In this document: piece after piece, positions 49,290-58,585 of the stretch
How positions within the stretch are numbered: the stretch's first letter is position 1
How the letters are laid out: each line of letters starts with the position of its first letter
Assembly: GCA_048938385.1 (NCBI GenBank)
Contig: JBHLMG010000010.1
Span: forward strand, 28,774-92,773
DNA from: Promethearchaeota archaeon
GTDB lineage: Archaea; Asgardarchaeota; Hermodarchaeia; Hermodarchaeales; Hermodarchaeaceae
DNA: 64,000 bases
Direction: 5' to 3'
The notes under the pieces: generated by a model
Told to the model about the DNA's origin: nothing
Databases searched by the model: none
Seen by the model: the letters and a program-made list of their open reading frames with translations, nothing else
Position numbers and translations under genes: made by a program

Positions 49290-50212
49290 GTGCGGAAATA
49301 ATCATTTTAGGTCAATCCATGGTAACAGCGGCAACATTCTTCTTGATACCAACGATTGGGGAAATTTTTGCTGAAAGATCAGGTGTACTTAACTTGGGCA
49401 TTGATGGAATGCTCCTCACAAGCGCAGCGGCGTCTTTCGGTGCAGCCTATTTGACTAACAATCTTGCTATTGGTGTACTTGTAGGGATGATAGGAGGGGG
49501 ATTGTTAGCCCTTATTCATGCCATCCTGACTATTACTTTTCGCGTAAACCAAGTAATCTCGGGAATCGGAATTACAATTTTTGGAACTGGGCTTAGCGGT
49601 TTGGTAGGTTTGGCATTCGTTGGAAAAAAAATCACACCATTTCCAGCTGTTCCCATTCCCTTATTGAGTCAAATTCCTATCCTTGGCCCCATTTTTTTCA
49701 ACCAGGATATCCTTGTTTATACCGCTTTCATCCTTGCAATTGCTTTCGCCATTCTTCTCTACAAGACTAGGTTAGGGATAATTGTTCGAACCACGGGAGA
49801 GAATCCTTATGCCGCGTATTCGCAAGGATTCAATGTAGTCAACATTCGATACGCCTGCGTCATTATCGGTGGCGTTTTATGCGGCTTAGGAGGTGCGTAT
49901 CTCTCATTAGCCTGGATCCCTTTATGGTCCGAAGGAATCACTAAGGGGCGAGGTTGGATTGTTATCGCTTTGACTGTTGTTGCGCTTTGGAATCCAATCG
50001 GCGCGTTATTGGGTTCTTATGTTTTTGGAACCTTTCATGTACTACAATACCAGTTTCAACCCATGGGCATCCCGACCCCAATTCTTAATATGCTTCCCTA
50101 CTTAGCCACCATCTTCTTGCTAGCCTTTTGGGGAATTGTCCTAACAACTCAAAAGGTAAAACAGGTTTTAGGTGCTCCATCAGCTCTTGGAATGCCATTT
50201 GAACCCGTATAA
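49286..50212 (+). CDS. Nucleoside ABC transporter permease
   Basis: AERSGVLNLGIDG, GRGWIVIAL, MLPY. Confidence 0.88.
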   Translation: MSAEIIILGQSMVTAATFFLIPTIGEIFAERSGVLNLGIDGMLLTSAAASFGAAYLTNNLAIGVLVGMIGGGLLALIHAILTITFRVNQVISGIGITIFGTGLSGLVGLAFVGKKITPFPAVPIPLLSQIPILGPIFFNQDILVYTAFILAIAFAILLYKTRLGIIVRTTGENPYAAYSQGFNVVNIRYACVIIGGVLCGLGGAYLSLAWIPLWSEGITKGRGWIVIALTVVALWNPIGALLGSYVFGTFHVLQYQFQPMGIPTPILNMLPYLATIFLLAFWGIVLTTQKVKQVLGAPSALGMPFEPV

Positions 50213-50267
50213 TCTTGATGCTTCGAAAATTGCGAATGCAAATATTTCTGCTGTTCGTTATTCCCTT

Positions 50268-50870
50268 CTAGTCGATATTTATGACATGACCCTGTTTTCC
50301 AACAACCATGAGTTTGGTGTTTTTAAGCACATCCGTTTTTCCTTCAGCCTCATGGACATGACCACTGTAAACTGCTAAAGGTTGTACTTCACTTACAAAA
50401 TCTCGAAGACTACGATAACCTATATGGTTACCTCCCCAAGTCCTATCCACAGTTGTGCCATAAGGTGGCGTATGTGTGCAGAGAATGAGATTTTGAAGAT
50501 GGTAGAAACGCCCAAGTATTAAACGCGCTTTTTCCTCAGTGACAGCAAAGGGTAAACCAGGCATTCCCCCTCCAAGGCCTGCAAAGTTGATTTCCCTTAG
50601 AGTGATCTGTTTCCCGTGGAAGAAATGAAACTGGGCGGATTCTGCACAGATGTGTTTGAGTTCTTCAGCATCATCATGGTTTCCAGGTAACAGGTAAATA
50701 TCGGTTCCCACATCGAGCTGTTCGAGAGCGTAACCGAGCCCTTTTCCGAAGGTAGCAAAATCACCCAACCCAAATGCGCAATCGACTTGTTTTAATCGCT
50801 CTTCAATGTGGGTGATCGCGTTATGGTCTTGGTGTAGATCCGAGAAAAAGAGAATCCGCATACTAGTCAT
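50268..50870 (-). CDS. Icc-like metallophosphoesterase
   Basis: SDLH, GDF, PGNHD, HTPP, GHVHE. Confidence 0.88.
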   Translation of the reverse strand: MTSMRILFFSDLHQDHNAITHIEERLKQVDCAFGLGDFATFGKGLGYALEQLDVGTDIYLLPGNHDDAEELKHICAESAQFHFFHGKQITLREINFAGLGGGMPGLPFAVTEEKARLILGRFYHLQNLILCTHTPPYGTTVDRTWGGNHIGYRSLRDFVSEVQPLAVYSGHVHEAEGKTDVLKNTKLMVVGKQGHVINID

Positions 50871-51049
50871 AGGGCATTGACAGTTTTTTAAAAAGGATTC
50901 CTGTATGTGGAATTGAATGATGAAATTTAGTTCTCAAGTTATCTTCGAGTTATTAGCAAGTCTGAGAAGTTGTATGGTATGTAAACCATTGCGAAACTGT
51001 TATTGAATTTCCTATGCGCTTTCGTCGTTAATGTGGTCGGGCTCTGGTC

Positions 51050-51652
51050 TTAGCTTTCGTAAGTATCCTCAGCTTCTCTTTCGGCTTCTGGCTCTGCTTC
51101 CTTTTCGGCTTCCTGTTCCGCTTCCTTTTGTCGTTGCTCCAATTCTTTTTCTGCTCGTCGTAGGGCTTTTTCTCGGCGAACGACGCTTCGTGGGACCTTA
51201 ACGATGAGGTTCTGAGCGATGATGCTCACTAACAACGCTAGACCAATTGGATCTGTAGTGAACAGAGAGAGGATGAAGAATCCTGTGTGAATAGCAAGTT
51301 CTTCGATGGGAAAGAGAGTGTAATTGATATAGAGGAACTTTCCAACTCGCCATAACAATGAGAGGATACTGAGACCAGTTCCCAGTTTAACAAGGTAACG
51401 TCCCCATCCTTCCCAGCCTACTGCAACAAGGAGCGCACCAGCAATTACTGTAAAACCTCCACCACGGGCGAGGTAGTCGAGAACGAAGTTGATCGTATAG
51501 ACAAAAGGCCAGTACTCCATTGGGAGCGCGAGTGTTGTCCAAATCAATTCCAGGTAAGTAAGTATTCCTGCATCAACAGAGTATCCGAAAACAATCAGCA
51601 TTATTCCAGCAACAAGGGCTAGAATAACGCCTAGAACATTGCGTGTTCTCAC
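51050..51652 (-). CDS. Membrane protein with acidic repetitive C-terminus
   Basis: ~4 TM; GTG start after AGGTGA; (EAEx)n tail. Confidence 0.65.
   Translation of the reverse strand: MRTRNVLGVILALVAGIMLIVFGYSVDAGILTYLELIWTTLALPMEYWPFVYTINFVLDYLARGGGFTVIAGALLVAVGWEGWGRYLVKLGTGLSILSLLWRVGKFLYINYTLFPIEELAIHTGFFILSLFTTDPIGLALLVSIIAQNLIVKVPRSVVRREKALRRAEKELEQRQKEAEQEAEKEAEPEAEREAEDTYES
51066..51125 (-). repeat. Degenerate 12-bp coding tandem repeat (EAEx, five copies)
   Basis: EAEQ EAEK EAEP EAER EAED. Confidence 0.5.
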
Positions 51653-51793
51653 CTTAAAATCACCTAGACCAGTCCTGATACCTTTTACCTTAAAGCCCTA
51701 TTGGCGTTTAAAAAAAGAATGGGAATACGGGTAAAGAGAAAAAAGGGAGTTAGTTAACCATCAAAGGAAAAATTCAAAGAAACTCGAAAATGG

Positions 51794-52987
51794 TTGGTAT
51801 CAATGACGAAAGCTGATGTGTTGTATGTTGATAGGATAGTGTGGCCTCGATATTCAATGCTAGACAAGCTAGAAGTTCTCTGGGAAAAAATCGGGCTAAA
51901 AGACGCTATCAATAAGGATGACAAGGTGATTATTAAAACCCACTTTGGAGCCTATGGGAACCTTATGTACATGAGACCCGCTCTCTTACGCAAGGTCGTA
52001 GACTTGGTGAAAGCAAATGAAGGGTGGCCGATATTAGCGGAAACAGCTGGATTAGGTTACGGCACCGGGCTATACGGTGGTCGTACTACTGCAGCAGAAT
52101 ACTTCAAAATGGCGGCCGCGAATGGTTATACCATTGGAACCATGGGCGCACCTATCGTGTTACTTGATGGCTATTGGGGTACAGATACTTTTACTGTTCC
52201 AATCAAAGGTAAACACCTTGATAGAGTAGAAGTTGCTATGGCGCTAAGGGATGCCGATATCGTCGTCGTGATGACCCACTTCAAAGGCCATGGCGGAACA
52301 GGTATGGGAGGCACGCTAAAGAACCTAGGCATCGGTTGTGTTGGCAAGTATAACAAGACGATGATGCACGGTCCACAGAATCCTGTTGTGAATGCTGCTG
52401 ATTGCAAAGGACCTGACTGTCAAAAATGCATACGAGTCTGTCCAACTCGATGTATCACCGTAGACCCAAAGGTAGAAATTAATTTTGACCAGTGCATCCA
52501 TTGCATCCATTGCGTGTCCGCTTGTCGAGAAGCGGGATCAAAAGCCATTTCAGCGAAGTGGGGCGAGAACCCCTCTGGGTCCACAGAACGGATGATCGAA
52601 AACGCCTATGGTGTACTTGAAGGCGTAGGTCGAGATCGATTCTATTTCTTCAATGTTGCCTTAGATATCAGTGAGTTTTGTGACTGCATGCCTGCAGGTC
52701 CACAAGCGATGGTTCCTGATCTTGGTATTCTGGCATCACGAGATCCCATAGCAATCGATGCAGCAAGTATGGAGATGCTGAACCAGGCACTCCCTATTCC
52801 TAGTTCCGCGTGCGGTGACATCACTCCTGGCGAGGACAAATTAGCGATCGCGACGCCTTGGCCTGATGAGACCGGTGCGAAGACTCCGACGCAATGTCAC
52901 CTTCTACAACTCGATTACGGTGAAGAACTCGGACTTGGTTCGAAGCAGTATATTCTGAAGCATGTCGACAAAAAGCAATCCATCTGA
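51794..52987 (+). CDS. DUF362 iron-sulfur protein with 4Fe-4S ferredoxin insert
   Basis: IKTHFG, THFKGH, GGTLKNLGIG, CQKCIRVCP, CIHCIHCVSAC, CDC, DPIAID. Confidence 0.85.
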   Translation: MVSMTKADVLYVDRIVWPRYSMLDKLEVLWEKIGLKDAINKDDKVIIKTHFGAYGNLMYMRPALLRKVVDLVKANEGWPILAETAGLGYGTGLYGGRTTAAEYFKMAAANGYTIGTMGAPIVLLDGYWGTDTFTVPIKGKHLDRVEVAMALRDADIVVVMTHFKGHGGTGMGGTLKNLGIGCVGKYNKTMMHGPQNPVVNAADCKGPDCQKCIRVCPTRCITVDPKVEINFDQCIHCIHCVSACREAGSKAISAKWGENPSGSTERMIENAYGVLEGVGRDRFYFFNVALDISEFCDCMPAGPQAMVPDLGILASRDPIAIDAASMEMLNQALPIPSSACGDITPGEDKLAIATPWPDETGAKTPTQCHLLQLDYGEELGLGSKQYILKHVDKKQSI

Positions 52988-53030
52988 CATACTACGGTAA
53001 TTTATTACTACAAACACCTTATGTAGAGGT

Positions 53031-54596
53031 ATGGTGCCACAGCTCCAAGAAGGTATCTTAGTTCTCGATTTTGGCAGTCAATATACCCACTTGATCACTC
53101 GGCGTATCCGAGAAATGGAAGTATACAGTGAAATTGCTCCCTCCTCTTTTCCGGTTTCTAAATTTACCGAATTCTCCCCTAAGGGCATCATCCTATCTGG
53201 TGGTCCTCAAAGCGTCTATGAACCTAGCGCTCTAAAATTACCTGATGGTTTCTTTGAATGGCAACTACGATCAGCTGTTCCTGTCTTGGGGATTTGCTAT
53301 GGGATGCAATTGTTGGCATACCAGATGGGAGGAAAAGTTCAAGCTTCTGAGAAACAGGAATATGGTCTTCAGCAAATTCAGATTTATCCCAAAAGTCGGT
53401 TGTTCCATGGTCTTACCGCGTCTTTATCTGTTTGGATGAGCCATGGTGATCAGGTTACTCGACTACCCGAGGAGTTCCAGGTTATCGCCTCAACGGAATT
53501 TTGCCCTGTTGCCGCATTTGAATCTCCGAATCAACACATGTACGGTGTCCAATTCCATCCTGAAGTTCATCATACACAACAGGGAACACGCATGCTTCAG
53601 AACTTCGTGTTTGGAATCTGTCAATGTCAGCCAACTTGGAAACTTGCCAGTTTCATTACAGAAACTACAAAAAGGTTACAGACAATTGTTGGTCCACATC
53701 GTGTATTGATGGCCGTTAGTGGTGGTGTTGACTCTACGGTTGCAGCACTGCTGCTACAGAAAGCAGTGAAAGAACAGCTCCATTGTGTGTTTGTGGATAA
53801 TGGATTACTTCGCCAGAATGAGGTAGAAGAAGTCACTCTGATGTTGACACCGCTGTTCTCCCATTTTCACATCGTTGATGCCGCTGCATTATTTTTAGAG
53901 CGTTTAATCGACATCAAAGATCCTGAACAGAAACGCCTTGTAATTGCGAACACATTCATTGATGTCTTTCAAGACAAGGCAAGTGAACTCGCAGAAACGG
54001 AGGGAGCTTTCAAATTCTTAGGTCAGGGCACTATTGCTCCAGATCGAATTGAAAGCGGAGCAACTAGCCCCTTATCGAGCCGGATTAAGAGTCATCATAA
54101 TGTGACGCTTCCAGATGTGATGCATTTGAAAGTCATTGAACCTTTGAGCAACCTCTACAAAGACGAAGTACGGCGTATCGGAGTGGAACTGGGATTACCT
54201 AGTGAGTTTCTTCAAAGACACCCATTTCCAGGACCTGCCTTAGCTGTGCGAATTGTTGGAGCTGTTACAAAGCCCCGGTTGCGTATTGTTCGCGAATCAG
54301 ATGCAATCCTTATTGAAGAACTCAAAAGGGCGAATCTCTATAACCGCGTCTGGCAAGCTTTTACCGTGTTTCTTCCCGTTCGATCGGTCGGTGTGATGGG
54401 TGATGAACGCACCTACGAGAACGCAGTAGCAATTCGTGTAGTTGAAAGTGAAGATGCAATGACAGCGTCCATCGCTCATCTGGATTGGTCTTTATTAGAG
54501 CGGATTAGTAGTCGTATCGCTAATGAGGTAAAAGGTGTGAATCGTATCCTCTATGATCTCTCCAACAAACCCCCAGCGACTATAGAATTCCTATGA
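53031..54596 (+). CDS. guaA: GMP synthase (fused GATase + ATPPase)
   Basis: DFGSQY, GICYGMQ, HPE, SGGVDS, IKSHHNV, KPPATIE. Confidence 0.96.
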   Translation: MVPQLQEGILVLDFGSQYTHLITRRIREMEVYSEIAPSSFPVSKFTEFSPKGIILSGGPQSVYEPSALKLPDGFFEWQLRSAVPVLGICYGMQLLAYQMGGKVQASEKQEYGLQQIQIYPKSRLFHGLTASLSVWMSHGDQVTRLPEEFQVIASTEFCPVAAFESPNQHMYGVQFHPEVHHTQQGTRMLQNFVFGICQCQPTWKLASFITETTKRLQTIVGPHRVLMAVSGGVDSTVAALLLQKAVKEQLHCVFVDNGLLRQNEVEEVTLMLTPLFSHFHIVDAAALFLERLIDIKDPEQKRLVIANTFIDVFQDKASELAETEGAFKFLGQGTIAPDRIESGATSPLSSRIKSHHNVTLPDVMHLKVIEPLSNLYKDEVRRIGVELGLPSEFLQRHPFPGPALAVRIVGAVTKPRLRIVRESDAILIEELKRANLYNRVWQAFTVFLPVRSVGVMGDERTYENAVAIRVVESEDAMTASIAHLDWSLLERISSRIANEVKGVNRILYDLSNKPPATIEFL

Positions 54597-54602
54597 GTCA
54601 AC

Positions 54603-55709
54603 TTATTCGAGATCGTGAGGATAGAGCTCCTGCATTCCTGCCCCTGAAACGCGTCCAAACCTCGCCTTTTCCCACATCTCCATAATTGATCTAGCCCCAA
54701 TGTAACCACAGGAGGCTTGGAGGGCACCAATGAATTCGACTATAACTTCTTTAACAGAACCTCGCATCGGGACTAACCCTTCAATCCCTTCATCTACAGC
54801 TTTGGTTGGATGAGAGTATCGATCCAAAGCATAACGTTGTTGACGGGCGCGCTGACTGCCCATACCCCAATGGCGTTTATAGGATTGCCCATTGATGGTT
54901 TCGATGGGTGTAGGACTCTCTTGAGTGCCCGCTAGGACATTCCCTAACATCACCACCCAGGCACCAGCAGCTAGCCCGATAGCCGCATCTCCAGGATTGC
55001 GGACTCCACCATCTGAAATTATTGGTATTTTGACACCTAATGACCGGCAAGCATCTGCAGCTGCGGCAACAGCTGAAACATTCGGGGCACTAACCCGGGT
55101 CTGAACTGAGGTCGTGCAGGTTGAACCGCTACCAATTCCACAACGAAGACCTGCAACGCCTTCTAGTTGTGTAAGTACATCTTGAGTTGCTTCATAGGTT
55201 CCAAGATTACCTACAATCACATCAACATTAGTTGCCTTGAGAATTTGGCGTGTTCCATCAAAACAGGATCGAGTATGGAAGTGCGCAACATCGATGACGA
55301 ACACATCAACTGAATCCTGAAGAGCTGATACGCGTTTTACATCTTTAGGTCCAACAGCCGCGCCAACACGATATCGATTCTTTTCATCAAGAGTAACATT
55401 GAGGTGCTTGTCGTTGCCGACAGTTGTAGCTTTCACTTTTTGGGCCATTTTAAGCTGAGCCTCAATTGAGCAGTTACGATGCAACATCCCAACTCCACCA
55501 ATTTGAGCGAGAGCAACTGCTAGCTTCGATTCTGTGACACTTTCCATGGGGCTACTCACAAAGGGTACCGTCAGTGGTATATTAGTGGTAATTTTACTGG
55601 ATACATCAACGAAGTCAGGCTCTACTTCAGACCATCCTGGTAAGAGCACAAGGTCGTGGAAGGTTACAACATCTATAGAGGATGTGATTTTTTTACGGAA
55701 ATAACCCAA
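54603..55709 (-). CDS. guaB: IMP dehydrogenase lacking CBS domains
   Basis: SSPMESVTE, IDVAH, GIGSGSTCTT (catalytic Cys), SDGG, GMGS, DRY flap, EGIEG; TTG 55709 probable start (ORF open to 55739). Confidence 0.88.
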   Translation of the reverse strand: MGYFRKKITSSIDVVTFHDLVLLPGWSEVEPDFVDVSSKITTNIPLTVPFVSSPMESVTESKLAVALAQIGGVGMLHRNCSIEAQLKMAQKVKATTVGNDKHLNVTLDEKNRYRVGAAVGPKDVKRVSALQDSVDVFVIDVAHFHTRSCFDGTRQILKATNVDVIVGNLGTYEATQDVLTQLEGVAGLRCGIGSGSTCTTSVQTRVSAPNVSAVAAAADACRSLGVKIPIISDGGVRNPGDAAIGLAAGAWVVMLGNVLAGTQESPTPIETINGQSYKRHWGMGSQRARQQRYALDRYSHPTKAVDEGIEGLVPMRGSVKEVIVEFIGALQASCGYIGARSIMEMWEKARFGRVSGAGMQELYPHDLE

Positions 55710-55752
55710 TTCTTGTTCCCTCAACCAAACACAATACATTATTGGCTCTTCG

Positions 55753-56400
55753 TTATTTCTTCATCTTCCGTTCTGATTTATGGTCCATACGGGAGATGGC
55801 TTCTGAACTAGCTGGTTGGTCCTGCCATTGCTGTACAAAAAGACGGGCATAAGACATTGGTACACCAACTTCGAACAGGTGGTCGATGATTTCTCTTGTC
55901 GATTTTCCTTCTTTTATCAATTTACTTGATAGATTAATTGTGAATTCTCGCAGTTCCCAAGGATAGACAACCCACGCCTCAGTTTTCACCACCCAAAAGT
56001 CGGGAACCAGCTTTGTCCAAGGTTTCAGATGTAAGGTAGCCGTTCGCGGATTCTTGTATCCGCGTTTGTCGAGGTGATCTAAGGCAAGGGTGAGGCTGTC
56101 TCCAGTGTCAGAAATATCATCCACGATTAGTGGTGCTTTCCATTCCATATCCTTTGGAATAGTTTGGCTAATACGTGCTTCCGCATCTCTTGCATATATT
56201 CCCCTATACAAGTCGACCTTGACATTGGCCGTTTCCCGAGTAAAGAAAAGATCTGAGAGAACGCGGGCAGGAATCCATCCTCCTCTTGCTATGCCAACGA
56301 TCACATCGGGACGAAATCCTGAACCTTCGATTTTCTCATATAATCGAAAACACAGTTCGTACAGTCGTTCCCACCAGACGAATTCGTACGAGATTGCCAT
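55753..56400 (-). CDS. Purine (hypoxanthine/xanthine-guanine) phosphoribosyltransferase, archaeal type
   Basis: GIARGGWIPAR, IVDDISDTG, WVVYPWE. Confidence 0.88.
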   Translation of the reverse strand: MAISYEFVWWERLYELCFRLYEKIEGSGFRPDVIVGIARGGWIPARVLSDLFFTRETANVKVDLYRGIYARDAEARISQTIPKDMEWKAPLIVDDISDTGDSLTLALDHLDKRGYKNPRTATLHLKPWTKLVPDFWVVKTEAWVVYPWELREFTINLSSKLIKEGKSTREIIDHLFEVGVPMSYARLFVQQWQDQPASSEAISRMDHKSERKMKK

Positions 56401-56508
56401 ATTGCTAGATAATTTTGTAATCTATAAAGGTTATCGTAATAACTGGACTCTAGATGTCGAACAGGGTGGACAAGTTGTAACCATGACTGTCTTTCGTAGA
56501 AAAACTTA

Positions 56509-57213
56509 CTAGTCCCGAGTTGAACGAAATTTGAGCAAGTCATGTAAATCTTTGATGATAAGATTGGGTGGTGGCTGCAAGTTTGTGGGCGTATGTTGAT
56601 TGGGACGATCAATTAATACAGTAATCATACCAATCTGATTTCCTCCAACGATATCACTACTGGAATCCCCAACCATCACGGCTTGCTCTGGATGCGTATC
56701 GAGGTTCGAAAGGGAACGAAGAAACCCATCAGGTTCGGGTTTTGCGATATGTTGTTCAACAGATCCCAGCATGACAAAATCATCGAAGAACCTTTCAAGC
56801 TCGAAAGCCTTTACTTCTAGCCAAGCAATGTCGGGGGGTGTATTTGTTAGCAAGCCTAAGGAAAACCTTTCGTGTAGAAGCTGTAAAACGGTTACATCGT
56901 CATAGAGTTGGATTTCTCCTGTTTCAATCAATATTTTCCTTTTATTATAATCAAGCACATCAAAACGATGGATGAAAGCAGGATAGTCATCTACGCCCCA
57001 GCTTCTGATGATCATTTCAAAATCCCCACCAGAGTGCCAAACAGCAAGCCGCCTATCTTTTGGAGGAATAAGCACATTAAACTCCGTAAGTGCCACCACT
57101 AGTAACTCGTCAAAAAATTGCCACATTGAAGGTAACTTCACCAATGTTCCATCTAAATCGAAGAGTATGGTCTTGATTGGGTTCTGAAACGACATCTTTG
57201 GCTCTCTTTCCAT
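56509..57213 (-). CDS. HAD-superfamily hydrolase
   Basis: FDLDGTL, LTN, KPEP, MVGDSSSD. Confidence 0.9.
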   Translation of the reverse strand: MEREPKMSFQNPIKTILFDLDGTLVKLPSMWQFFDELLVVALTEFNVLIPPKDRRLAVWHSGGDFEMIIRSWGVDDYPAFIHRFDVLDYNKRKILIETGEIQLYDDVTVLQLLHERFSLGLLTNTPPDIAWLEVKAFELERFFDDFVMLGSVEQHIAKPEPDGFLRSLSNLDTHPEQAVMVGDSSSDIVGGNQIGMITVLIDRPNQHTPTNLQPPPNLIIKDLHDLLKFRSTRD

Positions 57214-57273
57214 TTAGCGGTGTGCAAATAGCGCCTTTAGTAATTCTCATCACTTTTAAGGTTTCCAAATGCC

Positions 57274-57873
57274 TTACTCAGTTTTCTGGTGTTGCCATTC
57301 TGTGAGAAAGCCCTTAGTTGGCGTGGAAGGAAGACCAATTTCAAGGAGGATCGATTCAATCTCCTTGATGGATTTCTTTTCTTTCGCTAATTGCTGGACG
57401 AAGCTGAAAATAAATTCCTTGATCTCCCAGGGATAGATAATCCAAGCATCTGTTGATTCAGCATAGTAATCGGGAAGCTGTTTAGTCCAAGGTTTGATGT
57501 GAAGACAAACGGTACGAAGGTCAGCCACCTTGCGGCGTTGAAGATGGTCAATCGTGGCTTTCAAGCTGTTTCCGGTATCGGAGATATCATCCACTAGCAA
57601 TACGCGTTTCCAGCGTGTTTCGCCACTTACGGGTTGAGCGATGTAGGGTTGATCTTTTGTTTCGTAAATACCGTGGTAGAATTCAACCTTTACATTAGCA
57701 GTACTGGTTGTGACGAAGAAATCAGCAAGAATTCGAGCCGGCACCCACCCTCCACGGGCAATTCCAACTACAATATCGGGTTGAAAATTGGCTTCACGAA
57801 TCTGCCTATAAGTGGTTAAGCAAAGCGAATGGATTGTGTTCCAATCAATGTAGCGGTACTTGAGTTTCTCCAT
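57274..57873 (-). CDS. Purine phosphoribosyltransferase, second paralogue
   Basis: GIARGGWVPAR, LVDDISDTG, WIIYPWE; start ATG 57873 with TTTATTAA box ~25 bp upstream. Confidence 0.88.
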   Translation of the reverse strand: MEKLKYRYIDWNTIHSLCLTTYRQIREANFQPDIVVGIARGGWVPARILADFFVTTSTANVKVEFYHGIYETKDQPYIAQPVSGETRWKRVLLVDDISDTGNSLKATIDHLQRRKVADLRTVCLHIKPWTKQLPDYYAESTDAWIIYPWEIKEFIFSFVQQLAKEKKSIKEIESILLEIGLPSTPTKGFLTEWQHQKTE

Positions 57874-57937
57874 AATGGAGAATTGACAGGTACTTAATAA
57901 AGATAATAGGCTCGCTAACAAAACGGTGTAAAAGAGG

Positions 57938-58037
57938 TGAGCCGCAGACGCTACATCAGTGCAGATCAGTCCCTTCATCTGCCGTGATGAGCGGCTCGGA
58001 GAGGTACACGTTCGTCATCGAAGCGCCCGCAAGCTCA
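57938..58037 (-). ncRNA. Candidate structured small RNA (~100 nt) with box C/D-like motifs
   Basis: Terminal stem with G-U pairs on the minus strand; GATGA/CCGA/GATGA/CTGA order; BRE-TATA-like box upstream; T-run downstream. Confidence 0.55.
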
Positions 58038-58092
58038 AGGTAATATAGGAATCTTGATGATTAAGAGGTTTCCATTCGGAGCTACTTGGGAC

Positions 58093-58542
58093 CTAGCTGA
58101 TAGCCGCCTTGAGGAGTTGCTTCGTTAAGTTGTTCAATGCTAAGGTTTGTAAAAGGATGAATGTCCCGATGATGAGACTCACAATTAGAAGGAGTACAAA
58201 AAGCCCTATTAGAGAGAAGTTTGTGGGGAAAAAGAGGAACGTTATGATCGTCAGAATGAGAGGTAATAGAAACCCGAGAATTCCTCGAACGATTGAGAGT
58301 AGTATCCTGAGTTGCGTGTCCTTGATCATAAATACACCGAACAAAGGGATGATGATGCAGATCAAGTAGACTGGTGTGCCAATTAAGGAGAGGAGCTGTG
58401 GAAAGAGGAAGGGGTCAAAGAAGTGTCCCGTAATGACAGCTACAAGTATAATGATGGTGATGATGGTCCAGTAGTTGAGAATTGTTGTCCAAGTACCGAG
58501 TTTCTCAGTAGTTTTGGTTAGGTTTTTCATAATATCTTCCAT
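58093..58542 (-). CDS. Membrane protein (~4 TM)
   Basis: Hydrophobic helices; start ATG 58542 avoids overlap with the upstream gene. Confidence 0.6.
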   Translation of the reverse strand: MEDIMKNLTKTTEKLGTWTTILNYWTIITIIILVAVITGHFFDPFLFPQLLSLIGTPVYLICIIIPLFGVFMIKDTQLRILLSIVRGILGFLLPLILTIITFLFFPTNFSLIGLFVLLLIVSLIIGTFILLQTLALNNLTKQLLKAAIS

Positions 58543-58585
58543 TGCTTGGAACCTCCAGAAACCGTGCTTCCTCAGAGTACTTACC

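Noticed and set aside
57938-58037. 5S rRNA, tRNA or SECIS identity for the structured element
   Set aside because: No 5S conserved loops, no cloverleaf or T-arm, and no UGA-readthrough gene upstream
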